Origin: a virus
Lineage: Duplodnaviria; Caudoviricetes
Virus record (IMG/VR): IMGVR_UViG_3300012685_000003
Location: 1-52,708 of that record
Length of the DNA stretch: 52,708 nt
Strand: one strand, 5' to 3'
In this document: piece after piece, positions 15,522 through 24,200 of the stretch
Numbering within the stretch: position 1 is the stretch's first letter
How the letters are laid out: each line of letters starts with the position of its first letter
Notes under the pieces: generated by a model
Told to the model about the DNA's origin: nothing
Databases searched by the model: none
What the model saw: the letters and a program-made list of their open reading frames with translations, nothing else
Made by a program: the position numbers and the translations under genes

Positions 15522-17284
15522 TGACGACAAATATCTCTACTAAATTTGTACCTTCCGAGGGTGACCCATCTCGTAATATATGGTTTATTGGAGAAGCCCC
15601 CGGAGCAGATGAGGAGACAGGAACATTAAATCATCCTGCTCCTGGTCCATTTATAGGTGAAAGTGGGTCAGTAATATTTACACCATGTTTATTACGTAAC
15701 GGTCTCCCACGACCTGACAGTGTATTCGTTACTAATCTATCTCATCATAGACCTAAAGATAACAAGTTTGAATATCTAATTGGAAGTAAAGAGTTAGCAG
15801 ATGGTATCAATGAAATTAAAGAGTTAATTATTAAAAACAAGCCCGTTGTAATCTGTACGTTAGGTAATTGGCCAATGTATTTCATTACAGGTAAGAAAGG
15901 TAAGAAGCCAGGTTCAGGTATATTAAATTGGCGTGGTTCCATATTACAACATGAAAGTGGTATAAAGGTAATTCCAACAATCCACCCCGCAGCAGTCTAC
16001 CGTGATCGTAAACTCTATCCAATCTTTGACCAGGACATTAAACGTGTTGTATTCGATTCGTCGTTTAGGGACCTTAAGTTACCAGAACGTAAATTCACAA
16101 TCGCCCCTGTGGGTGATGAACTTGAGCATTACACTCAGGTTCTCCTCAAAAGTGATAAGCTGGCAGTTGACATTGAGACCTTTGGCCCAAATATTGGTTG
16201 TGTTGGTTTTAGTAATGATCCTTCTATGGGCGTTTGTATTGTAAATGATAACACTCCTCAATTTAGGGATAGTGTAGATAGATTACTATTGAGTGATATT
16301 CCTAAGATACTACACTTTGGTGTGTTCGATAAAGCCATTCTTAAGTTACATGGCTTCAGTGTTAATAACTATTGGTGGGACAACCAAGTAGCTCAATGTG
16401 TGATGTGGCCAGAGTTACCGCGAGCTCATAAATATTTAGTGAGTACGTATACCCGCGAGCCATATTACAAGAATGAAGCAAAAGAAGGTGGCGGAGATAA
16501 AAAGAGTTGGGGGAAACGTACAGACAGAACTAAACTATGGATATATAATTGTAAGGATGATGCTACAGAGTATGAAGTTCAAGAGTGCCAAGAAAAAGAA
16601 ATGAATGAAGGTCCACCTAACTGGAAGAAATTTTTCAATTTCTCTATGGAAATGTTAGAAGTAGCTGAGCACATATCAGAGTCAGGTATGTTGGTGGATC
16701 AAGATAGGAGAGGGTTATTGGAGCTTGCAGTAACATATAAATATGCTAAGAATCAAGACTTATTAGAAAGATTAACTCACGTTGGTTTCAATGATAACTC
16801 TCATCCACAAGTTCATAAGATGTTATATGAAACTCTTAAACTTCCAGTCCACAAAACTCGTCAGAGTAAAGTTACTGCCGATGAAGATGCATTAATAGCT
16901 CTGATTGCGCTTTGTAAAGAGAAAATTGGAACTATCAGACGAGAGAAAGAACTAGCTGAATGGCAAACTAAATTTCTAATTGTCAAGATGATAATGTTAA
17001 TTAGAGGTCATAGAAAGCTATTATCTAGCTATTTGAGAGCTAAGATAAGTGCTGACGGGCGAATTAGGAGCACGTATAAAGTGCCCGCCACTGAAACTGG
17101 AAGATGGAGCGCAGAAAAGTATGTAGATGGTACAGGTGTTAATGGCCAAACATTCCCTAGAGACTATGTGGAGCTACCACCAGAGAGTGAGCTAAAGGAG
17201 TTTCGGGCTATAACACTTGATATTGCTAACGAAAGTGAAAGTGATAAAGAGGAAGAAGATGATGAGCAAGAGGAAGTAGCATAA
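15521..17284 (+). CDS. DNA polymerase family A, N-terminal part: UDG-like domain, 3'-5' exonuclease and thumb
   Basis: GEAPG, FIGESG, TIHPAA (family-4 UDG); VDIET, FD, YNCKD (Exo I-III); TETGRWS..NGQTFPR; acidic tail. Confidence 0.9.
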   Translation: MTTNISTKFVPSEGDPSRNIWFIGEAPGADEETGTLNHPAPGPFIGESGSVIFTPCLLRNGLPRPDSVFVTNLSHHRPKDNKFEYLIGSKELADGINEIKELIIKNKPVVICTLGNWPMYFITGKKGKKPGSGILNWRGSILQHESGIKVIPTIHPAAVYRDRKLYPIFDQDIKRVVFDSSFRDLKLPERKFTIAPVGDELEHYTQVLLKSDKLAVDIETFGPNIGCVGFSNDPSMGVCIVNDNTPQFRDSVDRLLLSDIPKILHFGVFDKAILKLHGFSVNNYWWDNQVAQCVMWPELPRAHKYLVSTYTREPYYKNEAKEGGGDKKSWGKRTDRTKLWIYNCKDDATEYEVQECQEKEMNEGPPNWKKFFNFSMEMLEVAEHISESGMLVDQDRRGLLELAVTYKYAKNQDLLERLTHVGFNDNSHPQVHKMLYETLKLPVHKTRQSKVTADEDALIALIALCKEKIGTIRREKELAEWQTKFLIVKMIMLIRGHRKLLSSYLRAKISADGRIRSTYKVPATETGRWSAEKYVDGTGVNGQTFPRDYVELPPESELKEFRAITLDIANESESDKEEEDDEQEEVA

Positions 17285-17302
17285 CTTAAACAAGGATAAT
17301 AT

Positions 17303-18091
17303 ATGTACGATTATGTTCTTTATCATGATAATTGTTATGATGGATTTGGTTCAGCCCTAGTTGCCTGGTTAAAATTAGGTGATAACGCTAAGTATATTCC
17401 AGTCAATTATGGACAATATCCTCCAGACTTACCAAAAGGAAGCAAGGTTTTAATTTGTGATTTCTCATATCCACGTGAACAGCTACTTAATTTTGCATTA
17501 GACCACGAGGTTCAAGTATTAGATCATCATAAGACAGCACAAGCAGCACTAGAAGGAATTCCATACGCAACGTTTGACATGAATCACTCTGGAGCATACT
17601 TAACGTGGAAACATTTTTATCCAGAGTCTGATGTTCCTGAATTTATTTTATATTTAGAAGATCGTGATTTATGGACATTTAGACTTCCAGGTAGTCGTGG
17701 TGTGTCTCAAGCTTTGCGGGCTTATCCGTTTGATTTTAATGTATGGAATTCGTTGATGTATGATGTAGAACAGTTACGCCAAGAAGGTCCAGTTATAGAA
17801 CGCTTTACACAGCAAATGGTTAACTTGATGTGTGATAACTCTTTTGAGAAAGTTATAGGTGGACACTTAGTTCCAGTAGCAAATGCAACAGTTTTCTTTT
17901 CAGAAGTAGGTGAAGAACTATGTATTCGTAATCCAAATGCTCCATTTGCTGCTTACTATTTAGATAGAAAAGATGGTAAACGTCAGTGGGGATTACGCTC
18001 AAGAGGAGGATTTGATTGCTCAGAAGTTGCTAAGAAACTAGGTGGTGGAGGCCATCCAGGTGCAGCAGGATTCGTTGAAGAATTAAAATGA
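17303..18091 (+). CDS. DHH/DHHA1 phosphoesterase (NrnB/nanoRNase-like)
   Basis: YHDNCYDG, CDFS, LDHH, HSGA, EDRDLW, GLRS, GGGGHPGAAGF. Confidence 0.9.
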   Translation: MYDYVLYHDNCYDGFGSALVAWLKLGDNAKYIPVNYGQYPPDLPKGSKVLICDFSYPREQLLNFALDHEVQVLDHHKTAQAALEGIPYATFDMNHSGAYLTWKHFYPESDVPEFILYLEDRDLWTFRLPGSRGVSQALRAYPFDFNVWNSLMYDVEQLRQEGPVIERFTQQMVNLMCDNSFEKVIGGHLVPVANATVFFSEVGEELCIRNPNAPFAAYYLDRKDGKRQWGLRSRGGFDCSEVAKKLGGGGHPGAAGFVEELK

Positions 18092-18185
18092 AACTTCGGA
18101 TGAAAGTAAGCACAATGTTACTAATTTGTGCTATCATCATAACCGAGATTTATAACGAAATGTTCATTAAACTTGTGAGACACTT

Positions 18186-18992
18186 GTGGCAATTGATCAA
18201 TTAAAGATTAGAAGTATGATAGTAGCTCCAAAAGGTAAATTACTCATTAGTATTGATCTAGCTCAAGCCGAAGCCTGGGTGGTAGCGTTCTTAGCCAATG
18301 AACCCACTATGAAGAACTCTTTGTTACATGGAGATATTCACAGAGACACAGCAGCATACTTAGACAACTGTAAACCCGAAGATGTTACGCCCACTGGCAG
18401 ATATACAGGTAAGAGATGTAATCACGCCCTAAATTATAGAATGAGTTATCTCCGCCTAGTTCAAGTTGTCAATAAGGAGTCAGATAAACCACCATATGTT
18501 GTACTGTCATATCCACAAGGTAAGAGATTGTTTGAGCGATGGCATCAACTATATAATCTAAAGAACTGGTGGAGTCAAATTGAATACGAACTTGGACAAA
18601 ACGCACGTACATTAACTACGCCATATGGTCGAATTAGAACTTTCTTTGCTGGTTGGGGAAGTGAGCTTTTCAAAGAAGCAACTGCTTATGTCCCACAATC
18701 AACTGTTGCAGACCATCTTAATGGTGCAGTCCAACCTGAACTCGGAATTGAAGGAGGACTACTTGGCGTCTATCGTACTTTTGTTCGAGAACGTCAAGTC
18801 ATCAGAATCATTAATCAATCGCATGATAGTTTTATTTGTGAGTTGGATAAGCAACTTGTTGATGAGATAGCACCACAATTAGTAAATTTAATAAAGCGCC
18901 CGTTAATAGTGAATGGTGAACAATTTACTATCCCCGTTGATTGTGAGATAGGCGAGAGATGGGGACAACTTGATAAATTGAAAGTGAGTTAA
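18186..18992 (+). CDS. DNA polymerase family A, C-terminal part (palm and fingers)
   Basis: Motif A IDLAQAEA, DIH, motif B RYTGKRCNHALNY, TPYGRIR, QSTVAD, motif C HDS. Confidence 0.92.
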   Translation: MAIDQLKIRSMIVAPKGKLLISIDLAQAEAWVVAFLANEPTMKNSLLHGDIHRDTAAYLDNCKPEDVTPTGRYTGKRCNHALNYRMSYLRLVQVVNKESDKPPYVVLSYPQGKRLFERWHQLYNLKNWWSQIEYELGQNARTLTTPYGRIRTFFAGWGSELFKEATAYVPQSTVADHLNGAVQPELGIEGGLLGVYRTFVRERQVIRIINQSHDSFICELDKQLVDEIAPQLVNLIKRPLIVNGEQFTIPVDCEIGERWGQLDKLKVS

Positions 18993-18995
18993 AGA

Positions 18996-19277
18996 ATGAG
19001 CCTCAAAACTTGGCTTCGTGATTGGTTAGATATAACTAATCTAGATGAAGATACTGATGCAGGTCTAAGAAGGCTAGAGAATAATATGATTGAACTTAAT
19101 GGAAAACTCAACACATTAGATGCTCACATGAGAAAGATAGATGAACTCCTAAAAATGCCAATTGACTTCCGCTTGGCTCAAGCTGCTAACTCACTCAAAT
19201 TGCTAGCTGATTTTATTAATGAGATTCAACAAGATCAAATAAGCTTGGAGCAAAAGTATGCACATAAGAATCTTTAG
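18996..19277 (+). CDS. Coiled-coil hypothetical protein
   Basis: ORF track. Confidence 0.6.
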   Translation: MSLKTWLRDWLDITNLDEDTDAGLRRLENNMIELNGKLNTLDAHMRKIDELLKMPIDFRLAQAANSLKLLADFINEIQQDQISLEQKYAHKNL

Positions 19278-19716
19278 AAACATACCAACTCCATCATATA
19301 TGTATAATAGAATTAATACAGCGCATAACACACCATTAAAAATTGAGTTAGGTAAGCATTGGGAAATATTTGTTACCAGAGAAATGACAGAATCAATATA
19401 TGATATTACAGACCAAATACCAGCAAAAATTAAATTCAGTCCAAATATATTTATAAATAAACTTTTTCTTAAGAAGATAATGGAAGCAGAAATAATTCCA
19501 TTTTGGTATGGTTATGCTTATTACCATTTTGATTCCGATGTATCGGTCTATATGCCCGTTCCACTTAACTTCGCAGCAGCAGGGCTTAGGTGGTTAAGGT
19601 ATAAGTGGTTTGGATTCAAACAAATCCCGAGAGGACTTAACTCTACTCAAGAAGCCTACGGTCGTGGTTATAAAGCAGGTTATGAAGAAGGATTTAACGA
19701 AGCCTCTAGTAAATAA
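19258..19716 (+). CDS. Hypothetical protein
   Basis: ORF track; C-terminal AYGRGYKAGYEEGF GxxxG repeat. Confidence 0.6.
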   Translation: MHIRIFRNIPTPSYMYNRINTAHNTPLKIELGKHWEIFVTREMTESIYDITDQIPAKIKFSPNIFINKLFLKKIMEAEIIPFWYGYAYYHFDSDVSVYMPVPLNFAAAGLRWLRYKWFGFKQIPRGLNSTQEAYGRGYKAGYEEGFNEASSK

Positions 19717-19733
19717 TTAACAAAGGATAATTC

Positions 19734-20054
19734 ATGAGCAAGTTTCGCAAGAAGCCTGTTATTATTGAAGCATTTCAGTTTAATGGAACGATCTCCAGCG
19801 CCGATGCCATCATTGCATGGGCGGGAATGGAACCGCGCCCCAATGAGCAGAATCTCGACTACTCGGTCACTGACAACGAGGGAACATTTCGAGATAGAAT
19901 CGAGCGTCCTCATCAGTTTGGTCCTCTGCTGATTCATTCACTTGAAGGCGACATGACTGCACAAAAAGGCGATTGGATTATTAAAGGAGTTAAGGGCGAG
20001 TTCTATCCTTGCAAGCCAGACATTTTTGAAGCTACATACGAACCAGTAGATTAA
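19734..20054 (+). CDS. Widespread phage hypothetical protein
   Basis: KFRKKPVIIEA...GDWIIKGVKGEFYPCKPDIFEATYE. Confidence 0.85.
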   Translation: MSKFRKKPVIIEAFQFNGTISSADAIIAWAGMEPRPNEQNLDYSVTDNEGTFRDRIERPHQFGPLLIHSLEGDMTAQKGDWIIKGVKGEFYPCKPDIFEATYEPVD

Positions 20055-21232
20055 TGACAGAACGTGCTTGTGAGAATTGGTTAGAATCATACAAAGATTG
20101 GATTTATCCACGTAGTGAAGCCCCCGAAACATACATATTATGGTCGGGGGTTTTCGCGCTGTCGTCAGTATTAAAGCGAAAGGTTTGGATTCCTAAGAAT
20201 AAATTGTTAGGAAGCTGGGAATGTTATCCACATATGTATGTGTGGTTCGTAGGACCACCAGCTACTCGTAAAACCAGCACAATGGATTTCGCTGATAACT
20301 TACTTTCGCAGATTCCAAGTGTAACAGAAGCAGCGGACTCAATGACTCAGCAAGTATTAGCCAAACGTATTAGTGATACGGGTGATTGCTCAATATCAAT
20401 ACGCTCAGGTGAATTAGGAACATTTATTAATCCAAGTGGTTCTGTAATGATTGACTTTCTTTGCTCATTATGGGATGGTAAACGTAAGTTTAATACGGAC
20501 ACACTCTCACGTGGAGTTGAGTTTGCTCAGTCTCCATGTGCTAATATGATAGCAGCAACAACGCCCGTTTGGATTGCTAACAATCTTAGCGAGCTTATGG
20601 TGGGTGGTGGGCTAACATCTCGTGCGATTATTATCTATGAAGAAGAAATGAGGCGGCGTCAACTATTTTACGAATCCCTTGATTATGAATACTTGGAGAA
20701 ACAACATAGAAGTTTAGTATCAGACTTACTACACATATCTAACCTAGCGGGCGAATTCTCCTTTACGGATGAAGCGAAGGATTTTGCGGAGGAGTGGTAT
20801 AGGAATTTAAAGATGCCAGATGATTATAGATTAACTGGATACTTTGGTAGGAAGCACGTTCATATGTTTAAGTTAGCTATGTTATTAAGGATAGCTTATT
20901 CAGATAGTTTATTAATAACAATAGCTGATTTAAAGTTAGCGTTGAAAATGTTAGGTATAGTTGAGAAGAAATTAGCTATGGCTTATCACAGTGTAGGTAA
21001 GAATCCATATACGATGGAGATGGATACATTGTTGGAGTTTGTAATGAAACGCAAAAGAGTATCGAGAATTGAATTAATATCTACATTTTATCCAATAGCA
21101 GCTCCAAGTGTGATATTAGAATTATTGGGAGCACTGATGACAATGGGTAAAATTGCTATTGATCCAACTAATGGAGATTATATATTTACGGAGAAGAAGA
21201 AAGTTATTATTCCTCCTACTACTGTTGGATAG
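20054..21232 (+). CDS. DUF3987/YfjI-like P-loop ATPase, putative replicative helicase
   Basis: SEAP..Y..W; VGPPATRKTS Walker A; ELGTF; LWDG; GGLTSR. Confidence 0.75.
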   Translation: MTERACENWLESYKDWIYPRSEAPETYILWSGVFALSSVLKRKVWIPKNKLLGSWECYPHMYVWFVGPPATRKTSTMDFADNLLSQIPSVTEAADSMTQQVLAKRISDTGDCSISIRSGELGTFINPSGSVMIDFLCSLWDGKRKFNTDTLSRGVEFAQSPCANMIAATTPVWIANNLSELMVGGGLTSRAIIIYEEEMRRRQLFYESLDYEYLEKQHRSLVSDLLHISNLAGEFSFTDEAKDFAEEWYRNLKMPDDYRLTGYFGRKHVHMFKLAMLLRIAYSDSLLITIADLKLALKMLGIVEKKLAMAYHSVGKNPYTMEMDTLLEFVMKRKRVSRIELISTFYPIAAPSVILELLGALMTMGKIAIDPTNGDYIFTEKKKVIIPPTTVG

Positions 21233-24200
21233 TCGTATTGTAGTTATACTGATGTAATCCTAACCTCTCCAAGTAATCATCAATCCAACTCTTATGTTTA
21301 ATAGTTGGTATCCCTATCGCACGTCCCGCTACTTGTGGTATAGTATACCTGCCCCAAGGGTCCTTAGCTTCCTGAATAGCTTGCATCCAATCACCTGCTG
21401 CATAAGTGCCCGGCGCAAACATACTACGTGGATCAACAGTCATTGGGTTAAAGTCCCAATTGAACCTTTTCTCACCAAATTCAGTAGTTACCTTTAAGAA
21501 TGGTACTAACTTATATAACCTATCTTGAGCTAACTTTTGTTCTATTCCATTCCCATTTAGCGCCGTAAGCGTCGTTTGTAGTAATTGATACTGAGGAGAA
21601 CCACTCCAGAAATAAGAGTGAGCTACTGTAGACCCAAGTAAATCTAATCCTATTGACCTGCCCGCTAACCATATAGCTCCTTGTGCCATTGCAAACCTAG
21701 CCATGTAATTAACACGGTGTCTCAGAGAACCTCGTGTAACCATATTATTAACTAATTCAGTAGCGTGTAATGGCCACGTACCAAACATAGTTAAGAAACG
21801 GCCCTGTGGAGAATTCCAACCACGTGGAGCGTTAGCGCGTTGATAATCAAAAATCGTTTCTTTAGCAGCTCTTTTTGCAATCAAGCTAGCCGCTTCGCTC
21901 ATCTTGCCAGCATATACTAATTGGTCGAACTCTAATCTAAATGAAGGAGCAAAACTATCTAGTGCTAAGTTGTCATAAGCCATAATCTTAGCTTTGACAG
22001 GATCAGGACCAAATTTACCGCTTGCCAGTTTACCTAAATTGTCTAAAGCTAACTTCTCCATCCCCAGGTATACAGCACTATAAGTGTGCTCGTAAATAGT
22101 AGGTAATAGAGTAACAGCATGACCTACCTTAGCGAACGCTTCATAAGCCCTCCAAGCACTTCCACCATGTTTCACCAGTAAGCTAGTAGCTGCTTCCTCT
22201 GGCGTAACCAATGACATATAATCAAGTCCAGATAACACTCCTGTGTTCTTTAACCCCTCAATTGCGCCGGGCTTCTCCGCAAGTTTTAATCCTTCATGCA
22301 TAGCATCAAACCCAAATCTAACTCCTGCGAATAACTCAAATTGACCTAAGTGTCTTAATCCAAGATAAGGTCTGAATGCTATCAATGCAGAACTCATAAC
22401 ACCCATTATAGTATTGGTAATACTCTCAACTATAGTGGGCGATAATATATTCCTACCTAAATGTTCATTTAGTTGAGTAATACCAGCTCTAATTTGAGAG
22501 TGAGCAGGAGAAGGAAATCCTCTTATGTCAGATAGATACCTCTTAACACGCTCGGTCATACTACTAACAATCCACTTGCCAGTTTGATTCTTAGCTAGCG
22601 TTCCTAACTCTATATCATAATCTTTAAGTGCCTGAGTATAAACAGGAACGAAATCTCTAGCTTTAAACATTGTGTCAATATATCTTAAAGCGGCTGTATA
22701 TGGGTTAAGATCAATTGCGCTCATTTCCCCTGTACGTGTGAACTCGTTAATAAACGTATGCATCATTGACCCACCAAGTCCCTTTTGGAACAATATACTA
22801 GCTTCTGGACTCGGTAAATCACGTCCAATCTGTGATCTAATATGAGCCATGTATCCAGATATTTCACGATACGGAGGTAATCCCGCTATTTTGAATAGTT
22901 TATCATACATGGCTTCAAATCTTTTAGCTATTAATATCTCCTTCGGAGACATATTAGATAGCTTAGCAAATTCAGTTTGTGTTGGAGAATCCCACATTAG
23001 TGCATCAGCTAGCCGAGCTATTTCAGCAATTGGAACAACATTAATATCACGTTTAGCTAGACCAGAGAAGATGCCCGCTGCAATTACTCCATTCTGATCC
23101 ATTTTCATTGCACTTATCAATTTAGAAATTTCTAAGTTAATCTCATCTTGTGGTCGTCCCTTTAAATCATCCTTAATAGCATCAACCTTACGTGCAAACT
23201 CTGTAGCTCTAGACGTGTCTGTTCGCAAGTCAGCTAACCCTCTAGCTATATCTACAGCTTCATTCCTACCCTTGCTTAACATCTCCGCTATTTGTTCTCC
23301 TGCTGACATTGCTTCGTTATATCTAAATATATTAAGGAATTGTTCCTTCTTCAATCCCTTTAACATTTTACCAATTGGATCAAGATGCTCGTGAGCAAAC
23401 GCCGAAGTATTAGCATCAGACAAACCTTTAGCCTTTTCTACTCTACGTTGAATGCTAGCAAACTTAGTTCCATGTAAAGTATCAACACTTTCAAAGCTAG
23501 CCTCACGACCAGTAGCGTGATCTAACCAAGCTCTGCCAACGTTTATCAAGTGTCCAAAGAATCCACGATCGAAAGCTGACTTATCAGTGTGATCGAACTC
23601 AGCTTGTAATCCGTCGTTAGGTCCATAAGTAGTAGGAGGTTTAGCTCCACTCGGTGGCATTGCTGCGCCAGCTACTTGATCGGGGATGTTAGTATCCACA
23701 CTTAATTTAGGAGTTACTTGTTGCCCACTTTGATTAATAAACTCTCTAGCTGATTCAGTTGTTCTAAACCTTAGCGGTTTGGGAACAATTTCACCAGCTT
23801 TATTTAACGATATATCACCATTAGGCTCCCAACGAACTGTATAACCATTCGTAGCAGCTTCCATAGCTAATGGTAATTGATCCATTGCATATACAACTTC
23901 TAACGAGCTAACATCTTTCCCTTGCTCAACCTCCATCCTACCTTTTATTCTGTTAAAATTATCTAACTCGTCAGCGGGCATATAAACTTCACGTAACTCC
24001 TTAGCCCACCGTGATCCAATGAAATTTTTAAATCCTTCAATATCAACTCTTTGGATTCCACGTAAGTCTGCAAAGTGTGCTACTTGCAAATCAAACGATT
24101 GTAATAGCGAAAATTTCTCTGCTACATTAGCATAATTTTCGACCTGTTGCTGAACCTCTGGAGTTACTAAGTCCTCTAATTTATGTTCCTGAACATCTCT

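Noticed and set aside
17285-18185. Group I intron or intein explaining the polymerase split
   Set aside because: The spacer is almost fully occupied by a DHH gene and a short ORF, leaving no room for a ribozyme core. There are no intein terminal motifs (Cys/Ser start, His-Asn end) at the junctions.
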